Assembly: GCA_946965045.2 (NCBI GenBank)
Contig: OX337231.1
Span: 186,001-250,000, forward strand
Length of the DNA stretch: 64,000 bases
Source: Epithemia pelagica
Taxonomy: Eukaryota; Protista; Bacillariophyta
Direction: 5' to 3'
The translations under genes were made by a program, and so were the position numbers. Below are positions 10,701-22,700 of the stretch, piece after piece. Under the pieces are notes generated by a model, which made no database searches, had not been told where the DNA came from, and saw only the letters and a program-made list of their open reading frames with translations. Numbering within the stretch: position 1 is the first letter of the stretch; the number at the start of each line of letters is the position of its first letter.

Positions 10701-13274
10701 ATCACGTGCCGAACTGGTGCTGCGATCCGCAGTGACTTGTTCTTTTGTGGAATCGCTGCTTTCCGTTTCCTGCTTGTTGTGGCTCAATGGAAACTGTGCT
10801 GGTCCCGAGTGTTGCGGTCCTTTGCGTCCCACCACGTGTGATTTTCGTACGCTGGATCGAATCGGGTGGAAACCAGTCGAGCTATTGTGAGACGAAAACG
10901 ACGACGATGCCACGTCCCGGGTGGCTCTTGCCAGGTTGTTGTTGTTCCCACTACCGGAGTTTGCCACTTGCTGGTAGCTCATGACTCCCTGCGTGGTATT
11001 CTTGATGGTTGTTGGCTCTTTTGGATCGGGATCGGTCAAAATGACATAGAGTAGGGGAATGATACTCTCCAACAGGTGCAACAAGGGTCGATCAATGGAT
11101 GCCAAGAGGTCTTGACGAATCATGGAAGCCATCTTTTCGGACGCTTCAATCATTTCTTGGTGATCTTCTTGGTCTTTGTCGTCATGGGCAGATGGATCGC
11201 CATCCTCATCATCCTTTTGGTGCTGCTGATCTGGAGCATTTCGTTTTCGTCGCCATCCTGGTCGGTTGGTGTTGGTAGCGTCTTGACTGGTCGTCGTTGT
11301 AGTACGGGGTCGGTTTGGTCGTCGTCGCTGCTTGTGATGATGATACAAAATTTCGCGACACAATTCATTGCAGGCCAAACCAATGCCGGACAGGGGTTGT
11401 TCTTGCAGTTTGATATCGTGTTTGCCCAAGACAAAGAGACCACCGGCCCGTTCCATGGGTTCCCGCAAGGTACAGGCCAAGGTGGTTTTGCCCGTTCCGG
11501 GAGGACCACTCAAAAATACCACTTCTCGGGGAGCCGTCGCGGAACCAGCCGCAGCCGCCGCAGTAACGAATTGTCCTCGTCGTTCCGGCGGCTTGCCATG
11601 ACTAGTACTAGTAGTGGTAGTTGAATCTTGTGGAATAGTACCCTGGTGGTGTGGTGGATCGACCAGAACAGGTACAGCAATGGCAACAACGGGAGGTGGA
11701 GGCGAGGCTGGAGGATCTTGTCCGTGTTCTTGTTGTCCCATACCTGTACTGGTAGGAGTCGAGGGCAAAGCTGTGGTTTCCAGTTGCTCTCCTTTTTCGG
11801 GTCGCGGGGAGGAAGGCACGGAATTTTCTTGTTGTTGTTGTTGTTGTTGCAAGGGTGACGAGAGTCCCATGGAGGATCCTCCTCCTCCTCCTGGCCACGA
11901 CAAGATTTGATTCAAACAGGTTTGCAATCGTTCCACTTCCCATTCTCGACCAATCATGAGATGTTGCAACTTGTCAAACCGCAATTGATTCATGGTACTG
12001 AGGGCCGAGGACAATTTTTGTTCCTTTTGAATCTCGACACTGGGTCGGACCAACTCCATACTCCCGCTGCCTCGTAGTGGTGGTCCTCGACACGGACTGG
12101 TGGTGACAGAAGAAGTAGGAGGAGGAGGAGTATTCCCAAGACCACCAATGGTGGTTCGAGGACTGGGTTGTTGCTTCATCCTGGTGGTGGTGGGAGCAGC
12201 CGTATTGGACAGAGTCTCCTGCTCGGACCGGGGAAGCAAATGAGCCGAAAGTGAAGAAGCATTGGATCGGAATTCGGACGACCTCATTTCATAATACAAG
12301 TCGTTGGAGTGTTCTTCCTGAACCAAGGAAACAGTGTAGGTGGGTTCTGGTGGTTCTTGATTCGTGGAAGAAGACGCATGATAGAGCGGAGGCGGTGGTG
12401 AGGCCAATAACGGAGTGCCCGTCGCCGCCACAGTGACCGCGGCAACACCAGTAGTGCCATGAGGAGAGAGGGAACCCACCAAAGTGTTGGAAGAGGCCGA
12501 AACCGAAGAGGAAATGGCCACCAACAAGGCTCGTGCCGAAGATCGAGGATGCGAATCGTCGGCGTGTAGACTGCTGTTGTTGCTACTGCTGGTTCGTCGT
12601 CGGGGAGGATGGTGGATAGGATCACCAGTCACTGCAAGGGTATCATTCGTAGTCGTTGGATTGGGAATCATCATTCTGCTACTACTGTCACCATCCAACC
12701 GAAAGCAGGACGAATCACTATTTCGTCGAGCAATTTGAGAATTCGAAGACAGCTTGCGCAACGAGGTCAAGGCCGGAAGTGTGCTGCTGGACGTGAAACT
12801 GTTTCGAAAGGATGGACTCCTCTTGGTAGCAGTGGTAGTCGAAGCACTCGAATCGTTGTACTGGGTCCCTGAAACACTGGACTTGTGGTTTGCTGGTTGG
12901 TTCGGATTGTTGTTGTTGGTGGTGGGGAGCAACAAGGACCGTTTCCTTAACAAACTTTGCATGGCAATCATGCCACCATTTCCACTTTTGCTACTACTGG
13001 TATCCGTCTCATCATCCGTGACACATATGACCGGAGTGGTGCTGGAAGAAGGTTTGTGCTCCTCGGCAGCAGCCGTGTTTGTTTGGTGGCTGTTCTTGTT
13101 TGCGGTGGTTGGCGGTTGTTGCGGTGGCGGCTCGTGTTGCTCGGTTCCACCACCCGTGACATCTAGTGGCGTTTCACGCCGGTTGATGGGTTCCAATTGT
13201 TTCGTCAAATCAGATTGATCCGTTGCTGTTGTTACGGACAATGGCGTCGACTCTTCCTGTTGTGATGACGGCAT
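7785..13274 (-). CDS. STAND/AAA_16-type NTPase + helical repeats (copy 2, 1829 aa)
   Basis: ATG at 13274. MIGREWE, Walker A GPPGTGKT, Walker B IVLDDLQWAD, YRFIHDKVQE, GGFLQDAGIANERYA...EWGAMRKV. C-terminal ~850 aa clearly paralogous to copy 1. Confidence 0.9.
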   Translation of the reverse strand: MPSSQQEESTPLSVTTATDQSDLTKQLEPINRRETPLDVTGGGTEQHEPPPQQPPTTANKNSHQTNTAAAEEHKPSSSTTPVICVTDDETDTSSSKSGNGGMIAMQSLLRKRSLLLPTTNNNNPNQPANHKSSVSGTQYNDSSASTTTATKRSPSFRNSFTSSSTLPALTSLRKLSSNSQIARRNSDSSCFRLDGDSSSRMMIPNPTTTNDTLAVTGDPIHHPPRRRTSSSNNSSLHADDSHPRSSARALLVAISSSVSASSNTLVGSLSPHGTTGVAAVTVAATGTPLLASPPPPLYHASSSTNQEPPEPTYTVSLVQEEHSNDLYYEMRSSEFRSNASSLSAHLLPRSEQETLSNTAAPTTTRMKQQPSPRTTIGGLGNTPPPPTSSVTTSPCRGPPLRGSGSMELVRPSVEIQKEQKLSSALSTMNQLRFDKLQHLMIGREWEVERLQTCLNQILSWPGGGGGSSMGLSSPLQQQQQQQENSVPSSPRPEKGEQLETTALPSTPTSTGMGQQEHGQDPPASPPPPVVAIAVPVLVDPPHHQGTIPQDSTTTTSTSHGKPPERRGQFVTAAAAAGSATAPREVVFLSGPPGTGKTTLACTLREPMERAGGLFVLGKHDIKLQEQPLSGIGLACNELCREILYHHHKQRRRPNRPRTTTTTSQDATNTNRPGWRRKRNAPDQQHQKDDEDGDPSAHDDKDQEDHQEMIEASEKMASMIRQDLLASIDRPLLHLLESIIPLLYVILTDPDPKEPTTIKNTTQGVMSYQQVANSGSGNNNNLARATRDVASSSFSSHNSSTGFHPIRSSVRKSHVVGRKGPQHSGPAQFPLSHNKQETESSDSTKEQVTADRSTSSARDEDGDAVHSMQFSKRQTPVGGRPDEMNVKLSDWTPTSIVPSYKKHGGRKSRAYSRSTSAVRTTAVKNYADDSSCSSLSFARPSLISRRRLDIDPSQSKQLVQFAIRTFFKIFATRLGPLVIVLDDLQWADPSSLDILAAVAGDVNIPNLMVIGCYRSDAVDTTHYLSKTIQVLRAGAMPPPPSSCSSVVDHDDNGYCQKEYNFTEIRVGNLSLLAVTDLIVELLSISPEKAKSLATVCFKRTMGNIFFVKEFLMLLQQMEILQFNIGSFQWTWDEERLEKETAATFNVVSMIKMKIDKYTDGMVLFLSVAACLGNTFDITTIELLWGQLEQKYEGTAENVDDLLNVALHEMLIESVDDSSYRFIHDKVQETAMLLMPQEEFSEFRSDIGKCLYENLTDEDLENMLFVVADLLNDGLYEGMEMGELNASAAEKARELSAFNSAVHYVEKGIMSLNCTDMWKDHPTLTLLLYSIGAEAEECVGNHEKSEWYCKEVRKQEGLPALGKMRITNIVVERLYADGMYDELWPVCLDTLDQLGCILPRRLRCQKFSAAISMYETKRYYLPVADEVESMGMIEDDGKREAIAFMLKAASFCLGSKNKPLYVLLCCRCLQWTKLFGLTSHTASGFASFANVLMHEYGDWKTAIKIAEISLSIENRLGSNYTKTSTLHKINSFVLGWVKPLRTCRANYLEAYREGMLSGNIGGVGMSILFFLMCEFYSGSHKLESLEQDLRNFIPQMEKLKLYTFVLGLRLLWQKVLNLIGVAYNPQSTALTGTAMHGIDIERHPFIYNTVGRHHICNLCAYFSEYEKGAEIALAMGDEFYKTWSGASYFGFEPFSRALCLYARAIETRQSKYLKAARKARKTLARWVKLGAMNLVHELFLLDAEEAVVRGQKKAAHKAYKLAISASVRGGFLQDAGIANERYALYLIRLDMLTFAAFHVKDAIQNFSEWGAMRKVEQLHQTHDRLLSIALE

Positions 13275-13860
13275 GGTTTTGTGGCTTGTTTGTTTTACAA
13301 GAATGGCGCGGATGATTCAATACAAAAAATGGTTCTGCTGCTAGTAGTCGTTTGAATCAAGATGGAACCACACCACACGCTCTTTCACGCTACAATCGTT
13401 GTCTTTTTTGCTTTGTTGTTTCTTCCAAAACGGTCCACCGCAGCCTGATGCCATTCACAATGGCACTCGATCGTGGTCAAGAAAGAAGAAAATGATGATG
13501 ACCTTTGTCGTCTCTCTTGCTTGTTGTTTGGTTTGCGTTTGTTTGTTGTTGTTGTCGTTGGTTTCTATTCAGTTTTTTTGCCGGACCACATTGTCTCTCT
13601 TTGTTGGAGGTGTGTGAGTGTTGTTTTTGTGTGTTACCCAAGTTTCAAATCCACCCTAAGTGGAAGCATGCTACACTAATACAACTAATCTTGTACACTA
13701 GTATAGCTCCAATTAACAAAATGGACAATGACTCATGACCGCCCTTCGTGGATTGTATTCCAGTAACGCATGCAATGTTGAGCGACTACTGTTTGTCGTA
13801 CAGTGCAGATTCGTGCATGCCATTCTCTGCCCATACGGGTGTATGGACAGACGGCATGGT

Positions 13861-13936
13861 TCGGATTCGAATCAAGCTTTCCTTGATGGCTTCCTTGATC
13901 GGATTCGAATCAAGCTTTCCTTGATGGCTTCCTTGA
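13861..13936. repeat. Perfect 38-nt tandem duplication
   Basis: tcggattcgaatcaagctttccttgatggcttccttga at 13861-13898 and 13899-13936; contains the palindromes gattcgaatc and aagctt. Confidence 0.95.
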
Positions 13937-14628
13937 AGATGGGAGTAGAATGCGAACCACCTTTAGAGATAGCGGATAGGGTCTTTCTGTAGCGAAATTG
14001 TTGAAGCTCACTCACATGTCCACAAAGCGTGACAACGAGATTCACTATAACACGTAGAGTACATCCAAACTCCATGCCGAACTTGGGGGGCGCCTTACGC
14101 AGGCACGGAGTAATAAACACTTATTACTCCTATTATCGGCATTGGAGTACAAACCGGACGGACAGATGTGGGGGATATTCGTTGGGCTTCTTCCTACCCG
14201 GATGCCGTCGATGTTGTTGGTGGAGCTCGGACAAGATTATAATAGGAATATGAGCCTGGTATGGTGATGGAAAATACTTCTTATTCTATAGTAGATATGT
14301 AAGACTCGTATATTTATTGTCGATATGTGCTTAAACTCGGTTCTGTCCGGTCAATTGTCCATTGAAAAAGATTAATAGTAATCCGTTGGGAGTTTTAATC
14401 ATGGTGCTACCATCTAACGCTTGCTATTTCTGGGGGTATAGGGGCAATATGGCAGTATGACGCATCTGATAAGGCGTCATGCTCAGTCATCTATGCTAGC
14501 TATTACAATGACCAAGTTGATTGACGACACCAAGCTATTCTATGAACAATCGAGCAACAAAGAAATTTCCAACACTATATCCCAACAGCACTACGAATAC
14601 ACGATTGTGGAACACAAATTTGACTACA

Positions 14629-17600
14629 CTAGGTAAATGAATTTGCAGTCTGAATGGTGGACGAGTGGTGGAGCTGTAGCGATTCACTCCGAGACATGTT
14701 GAGTAGTTCGCCATAGTTTCGCTCCAACAACTCCACCTTGCGAGCTGCACCCCAATCCGAAAAATATTGCACCGCCTTTTTCATGTAAAACGCGGCATCA
14801 CTTAGTTTGTCCTGAGATATCAAATATCAAATAGGTGGCATACCGTTCATTCGCAATCCCGGCATCTTGCAAAAAACCACCTCGCACCGAAACAGAAATG
14901 GCCTGGATGTAGGCCTTGCCAATTTGTTTCTTGAGTTGCTTCACAACAGCCTCCTCGGCATCCAAAATCAACAACTCATGCACCAAATTAATCGCTCCCG
15001 AACGAACCCACTTGGCAATCGTAGACCGCGCTTTTCGTGCAGCCTTCAAATAGCGCGACTGTCCCGTTTTGATGGCCGTGGCATACAAACACAAGGCCCG
15101 TGAAAATGGTTCCTTCCCAAAATAGGCGGCACCGGACCAAATACTGTAGAATTCGTCACCAAATGCCATGGCAACATCAGCACCCTTTTCATACTCCGAA
15201 AAGGGTGCACACAAGTTACAAATGTGCAACGAACTGTTGGTCTTGTAGATCACCATGTTCCTCTCCACATTAATTCCATGCATTGCCGTACCAGTCAAGG
15301 TCGTCGTTTGTAGATTATACGGAGCTCCCATCAAATTCAACACCTTTTGCCACAAAAGACGCAGCCCCAGTACATGAGGATGCAATTTGAGCTTTTCCAG
15401 TTGAGAAATGTAGTTGCGCAAGTCTTCATCCAGATCGGGTAGTTTGTGTCCTCCTGAGAAGAATTCACAAATGGAAAAGAACAAAATGGACATGGCAGCT
15501 CCGCCAATATTTCCCGAAAGAATACCGACACGATAGGCCTCCAAATAGTTTGTTCGGCACGTTCGCAGTGGCTTTACCCAACCCAATACGAATGAGCTCA
15601 GCTTTTGCAGTGTGCTTGACTTTGTATAGTTTGAATTCATACGTTTCTCAATCCTCAACGCCAGTTCGGCTATTTTCAGGGCTGTTTTCCAGTCACCATA
15701 CTCGTGCATCAGTACATTCGCAAACGAAGCTAAGCCAGATGCAGTGTAGACTGTCAAACCATACTTCTTGGTCCACCAAACGCATTTGCAACACAACAAC
15801 ACGTAGAGAGGCTTGTTCTTGGAATCCAAACAAAACGAAGCGGCCTTCAGCATAAAGGCAATGGCTTCTCTAATGGCCGCGTCCCGGATCATTGGCATCG
15901 TTTCCACTTCCTCAGCGACAGGAACATACTTTCGTTTTGTTTTTCGAATAGTTATTGCAGCGCTGAACTGCTGCATCGCCTGCCTTTGCGGAAGCTTGCA
16001 TCCTAATTCATTGAGTGTCTTGAGGAAAATAGACCACAACTCTGTGTATTTGCCGTTGCTGTATAACCGCTCGACAATGGTGTTATTCACTCTCATCTTG
16101 TCCAGAACAGCAATACTCTCTTGTCGGTACACTTCTCTACAGTACCAGTCGGACTTTTCGCTGTTTCCGGCGCACTCCTCTGCTTCAGCACCAATGGTGT
16201 ACAAGGAAAGGGTCAACTTTGGGTGATCTTCCCACATCGACGTTCCATTCAGGCACAATATTCCCTGTTCAACATAGTGGATCGAAGTATGAAATGCCGA
16301 CAACTCTCTAGCCTTGTTCGCGGACGCCGCGTTCAACTCCGCCATTTCTTCACCATAGAAAATGCCATTGTTTAACAGATCGGTCACTACAAAAAGCATA
16401 TTTTCCATTTCTTTGGGAGGCAAGTTCTCGTACAGAATCTTTCCAATATCACATTGGAACTCGTTCGATTCTTCGTCCTGGATCAGCATCAGGGCAGTCT
16501 CTTGCACCGTATCGTGAACAAAACGATAGGAAGATTCACCGACAGCTTCAATCAGCAGTTCTTGTTGCGCCACTTCCAAAAGTTCATCTACGCCTTCGGA
16601 AGCACCACTGTACTTTTCCTTGAGATGACCCCACAACAGTTCGAGGGTGGTGCGACTAAAAATGTTCCCCAGACTGGCAGCGACAGAGGAGAAGAACCAT
16701 TCCATCCGGATATTTGTCGATTTTCATTTTGATCATGCTGACCACATTGAAAGTGGCCCCAGTTTCCTTTTCAAGCTTGTCTTCGTCCCAGGTCCACTGA
16801 AGTGTTCCCACATCAAACTCCAATAGAGCCATTTCATGCATAAGCATCAAAAACTCCTTGACAAAAAATACATTGCCCAAGGTCCGTTTGTAACACACAA
16901 TGGCCAGTCCATGAGCTTTTCCTGCAGTGACTGACAGCAACTCGACAATCATTTCTTGAACAGATTCCAAGGACAAGTTTCCGACCTCCAATTCGGTCAG
17001 TGTAAAATCCTTGTTGTGCTGCCTTTCATCGTCCGTGTTGTCTTTTGGTGCTGCTGCAGCTTTCAATCGCGGCAGGACTACTGAAAGTGGATGATCCTCA
17101 TCGTTGATGTACTCCGATCGATAGCAGCCAATGATCAAAAGGTTGGGGATGGCAACGTCCGTTACAACGGCATGGATCATATCCAACGAATTTCGGTCGG
17201 CCCACTGCAAATCATCCAGCAAAAGAACTAGGGGTCCAATGCGAGAGGCGAAAATCCGTAAAAAATTTCGAATCGCAAACTGAAGCAACATTTCACGTTG
17301 ACTGTTGTCGTCATCTAACCAATTGTGACTGTGACTCTGTGGTTCATCGACGAGCAAATTCGGAACTTCTGGGAGGCTGTTTGTATTATTGGCGGTAAAC
17401 CGAACAATACTTCGACGAAGTCGTCTCTTGGGGACAGTGAGTGGCGAAAAATTAGTATCATCTGTCGTGGATCGTCCTCCTTGAACGCTACTCCTTCGCA
17501 AATCTCGTCGTGCAGGTGCCGTTTGCGAAATGGAGGACCGCTTGGTGATGCGATTCGTCCGGCGATGAGCACCATCGTCATCTACGGAGGATGTCGTAGT

Positions 17601-18944
17601 ATTTCCCGAAGTGATCTTCGAATCTAAAATGACGTAGAGCAATGGCACTAAGTTGTCCAGCACATCCAACAAAGGTTTGTCAATGCTCAACAAGAGTTCT
17701 TGACGAATGGCAAGCAGTTCTTGCTCGTGTTGTTCTCGAGTCACTGTGTTGCGGTTGTACAAAACGTGTCGACACAACTCATTCAGAGCAACTCCGATAC
17801 CAGCCAAGGGCTTTTGATCCTTGATTTTAAGATCGTGCTTGCCCGTGACAAATACACCACCTCCACTCAAGACAACGGCTGACTGTCTTGCTTGCTCTTT
17901 CTGCGTCCATCCCTGTCGTCTCGAGGGATCTTTCAGAGCGGTGGCCAAGGCAGTTTTCCCAGCTCCTGACTCCACACTTAACAATACCAGTTCTCTTTGT
18001 GGCGGTGCAGAACGTTCGGTAGAGGAGGAAGACCGGTCCGTGTGTCCTGAAAGATCGTCCCCATTCAAAGCACTTGTATCACTGCGGCTGACTCGCTGTA
18101 AGCATTGCAAAAGAATGTTTGTCTCTTCCCTTCTTCCAATCAGACCCAACGACTCAAATTTGAGACGATTCATGGAACTCAACGCGGAAGCAAGTTTGCT
18201 TCGTTTTTGTGTTTCCAAACTGGAACGAATCAGGGTAACTTCTGGAACAATGAGACGAGACCTGGACCTTGATACAGAGGCAGGGGATGGGGAAGAGGTA
18301 GACGCCGATGAAAACTCTGCACCTGTATAGTAACTTCCGAGGGTATTGTAGCTGCTTATGGACGACCGAACACTGTTTCGAAACGAACGTCGTTGTCTCC
18401 ATGTCAGAGAATCATTCCGTGTCGTTGCAGTGGTCAAGCCTTGAATATTCGAATGTGCTCCAATGTCATCAAGACTCAGCCTTGGCTTCGAATACCTTCG
18501 TTGCAAAGGAGACGGGGGACCTGCGGATGTGCGTGGCAAATCACCCATGGAAGCGGACAGGGGTATCTTGTGTTCCTCTTGCTGCTCTGCATGCCTTGTA
18601 TCCATTGCCACGTCCTCTTGCTGTGGAATCGAAATGTTTATACTTTCTCGGCTGCTATTATTTTCCACATTTCGTAGCAACAAGGATCGAGTTCGAAACG
18701 ATAAACTGCGTTGAGGATCATCGTCCATTGCCAGGGAAGGACGATGGCCATTAATGTTTGGCCGTGTCAGAGTTATTTCCTTGCCATCGCCCTTGTTGGC
18801 TTCCTCTGCTTCTGTCTTGTTCCTGTCATTCTTTTCTACTTCTTCTTCTTCCAGGTTGCTACTTTCGTAGTTGTCATTGCTCAAAGTGCTTGGTTGTTGT
18901 TCTATGGTTTCTATTGTCGCACTAGTGGCTCTTGTGACATGCAT
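14629..18944 (-). pseudogene. STAND NTPase copy 3, broken by two frameshifts and with a mutated Walker A
   Basis: Three ORF pieces (18944-16656, 16705-14798, 14823-14629) together match copy 4. A 2-nt deletion lies near 16685 (GMVLLL-SVAASLG), a 7-nt duplication tatcaaa at 14818-14831, and Walker A reads VESGAGKT (first Gly to Val, 17973-17975). Confidence 0.85.
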
Positions 18945-19753
18945 TTGGAACCGAAACACCACTCCTCCGTTCCCAATCGTAAGTGTAAATAGTTACAACA
19001 TCCCCTTGTGCCACAATGGCTTGTCTTGGGCAAGAGGGTCAAAACACATGCGTTGTTCGGGACGAAATAGAAAAGTGGCATACGTTGGAAGGTGTCACAA
19101 CACAGCAGAAAGGAATGAATGATGAGAGCTGTATGAAGGATTCTCTTCCTCTCCCAGTTCTCCTTTTCCAACTGCCACCTACTGTGATTCTGTTGGTTTA
19201 GTCATCAGTTTGGTGGCAAGTTGCAAGAGAGATGCTTCCGATATTGCATCAAGACACACTTCCGTATTGCTGCCATCAAGGAAGTCTTTGGTGGGCGACG
19301 ACTGTGCAACCAATTCGCTCTTTATGTGTCATGGAGCAATGTCTGACACGGAGATGAGTCGGCAACGCATTTCCCCCCACCTGAACTGCAAAGAGAAGGT
19401 ACAACAGTAAGAAAGTCATGACTAAATCCGACATTCTATATGACAGCCACTGGGGAGTGAACTACGAGGCTTTGGCATACAAGAAATAAAGATGATCATA
19501 TGTAAATTAATCATCCGACCGAGCGATCGAAAATCACGACACAGCAGCTCCCCATCTCACAACAAGCCTCCTCCCACGCTACGCACCACCAAAGGCACAT
19601 GGTGGGGTGAGGCAAAAGACTCCGGAGATTCGAAGAAAGAGAAGAAGTCATACCTTAGCAGGTCATAAGTCATAAGTTCTGTGTGCGAAATTGGAACAAC
19701 GAGGAATTTTCAAGTCAACACTAGCGAGGTAAAGGTAACCTAAAGTAGATAGC

Positions 19754-22700
19754 TTACGTGAAGGAAGTGGACACACGAAGGTCGGAGGAGTCTAGTTGCA
19801 ACACCGATTCCGTCATGTTCAGTATTTCACCATATTTCTGCTCCAACAACTCCACCTTGCGAGCCGCACCCCAATCCGTATAATACTGGACCGCCTTTTT
19901 CATGTAAAAACCGGCATCGCCCAACATATCCTGAGACATTAAATAGGTGGCGTACCGTTCATTCGCAATCCCGGCATCTTGCAAAAAACCACCTCGTGCC
20001 GCGGCCGAAATTGCTTGTTTGTATGCTTTGCCAATTTGTTTCTTGAGTTGCTTCACAACAGCCTCCTCGGCATCCAAAATCAACAACTCATGCACCAAAT
20101 TAATTGCTCCCGAACGAACCCACTTGGCAATCGTAGACCGCGCTTTCCGTGCTGCCTTCAAATAACGCGCTTGACCCGTCTTGATGGCCGTTGCATACAA
20201 GCACAAGGCCCGTGAAAATGGTTCCTTCCCAAAATAGGCGGCACCAGACCAAATCTTGTAAAACTCGTCACCAAATGCCATGGCCACATCCGCGCCCTTT
20301 TCATACTCCGAAAAGTAGGCACACAAGTTGCATATGTGCAACGAACTGTTGGTCTTGTAGATTACCATATGTCGTTCTACATCAATTCCATGCATTGCCG
20401 TACCGGTCAAGGTCGTGGTTTGCTGATTGTAGGGTGCACCCATCAAATTCAACACCTTTTGCCACAAGAGACGCAGTCCCAGTACATGAGGATGCAATTT
20501 GAGCTTTTCCAGTTGAGAAATGTAGTTGCGCAAGTCTTCATCCAGATCGGGTAGTTTGTGTCCTCCTGAGAAGAATTCACAAATGGAAAAGAACAAGATG
20601 GACATGGCAGCTCCGCCAATATTTCCCGAAAGAATACCGACACGATAGGCCTCCAAGTAGTTTGTGCGACATGTTCGCAATGGTTTCACCCAACCCAATA
20701 CGAATGAGCTCAGCTTTTGCAAGGTACTTGCTTTGGTAAAGTTGGAGCCTAATCGCTTCTCAATGTTGAGGGCAATTTCACCAATTTTCATGGCCGTTTT
20801 CCAATCACCATATTCGTGCATCAGCACGTTCGCAAACGACGCAAACCCAGAAGCTGTATACGGGGTTAATCCGTACTTTTTGGTCCATCGAACGCATTTA
20901 CAGCACAACAATACGTAGAGGGGCTTGTTCTTGGAATCCAAACAAAACGATGCCGCTTTGAGCATGAAGGCAATCGCTTCACGCTTGGCCGGATCCGTGA
21001 TCATGGACATGTTTTCAACTTCTTCGGCAACCGGCAAGTACTTTCGTTTGGTTTCTCGAATCGTCACAAGGGCGCTGAATTTTTGCATGGTTCGTCTTCG
21101 AGGAAGTGTACAACCCAATTCATCCAATGTATCAAGAAAGATAGACCATAACTCGTCATACTTGCCGTTGCTGTACAATCGTTCCACAATGGTATGGTTT
21201 ACTCGCATTTTGTCCAACACGGGAATAATCTCTTGACGTCGGACTTCTCGGCAGTACCAATCCGACTTTTCACTATTCCCGGCGCATTCCTCGGCTTCCG
21301 CTCCCGTCGTATACAGTGACATGGTTAACTTGGGATGTTCTTCCCACATGTCTGTACGATTCAAACACAAGATACCCTTTTCCACATAGTGAATCGAGGT
21401 ATTGAAGGCCGACAAATCGCGAGCTTTCATTGCGGCTGACGCATTGAGTTCGCCCATTTCCACACCATCGTACATGCCATCGTTCAGCAAATCCGTCACC
21501 ACAAACAACATGTTGTCCAGTTCCTTTTGCGGCAGATTCTCGTACAAGCATTTGCCAATTTCACAACGAAAGTCACTTGATTCGTCGTCCGGCATGAGCA
21601 TCAAGGCCGTTTCTTGGACGGTATCGTGTACAAACCGATACGATGATTCCCCAATGGGTTCAATCAACATCTCGCGCTGAGCCACATCCAACAGCTCATC
21701 CACACCTTCCGAAGTGCCATTGTACTTGTCTTGGAGGTACAACCACAAGAGTTTGAGAGTCGCCGTATGGAAAATATTGCCCAAACTGGCCGCGACTGAC
21801 AAGAGTAGGACCATGCCATCTGGATACTTGTCGATTTTCATTTTGATCATGTTGACCACATTGAAGGTTGCGGCTGTTCCCTTTTCCAGTTTTCCTTCAT
21901 CCCATGACCACTGAAAGCTGCCGACATCAAACACCAATATATCAATTTCGTGCAAGAGCATCAAGAATTCCTTGACAAAAAAGACATTGCCCAAGGTTCG
22001 CTTGTAACACACTTTGGCCAATCCCTCCGCCTTTTCGGGGGTCACCGACAGGAGTTCGACGAGCATTTCATTGACAGATTCTTGTGGCAAATTTCCAATC
22101 TCCAATTCGGTAAAGGTAAAATCACGAGTGGCATGGTTGCTTCGGTTCCCACTCGAGCCGGGCGCCGCTGCGGCTTGATATTCGGGAATGGCCCGTCTCA
22201 GTGGATGAGTGTCGTCCACTTCGTCACTGCGGTAGCATCCGATAATGAGAATATTGGGAATGGCAATATCCGAGACAATGGCCTTGATCATATCCAAAGA
22301 ACTTTGATCGGCCCATTGCAAATCGTCCAACAACATGACAATGGGGCCCAGTCGACCGGCCATGACCCGCAAAAAATTCCGCATGGCAAATTGCAAGAGA
22401 GACTTGGCTTGACTGGCATCAATTTCCACCTTGGGTGTCGATTCGGTAGGATTCTCATGATTGGAATCTTGACTGGTTTCCGATTCCCATACACGGAGGC
22501 CGCCCATTAGTATACCGGCGGGTTGTTGGTCCTCCTCCTCGGCGAGAAAATTTTGTACTTGTGCGGCATCGTGATGAAAGCGTGACACACTGCTCCGCAA
22601 TCGCCGTTTTCGGCCTCCGCCACCACCCACCAGACCAGTGGTCGTACCAACGCCCGTGCCAGTCCCCAGTCCACCTTGTGCGGTAAAGGAGGGTTGTTGT

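Noticed and set aside
13960-14130. Possible coding relic on the minus strand (GVWMYSTCYSESRCHALW between stops)
   Set aside because: Too short and interrupted to assign to any family.
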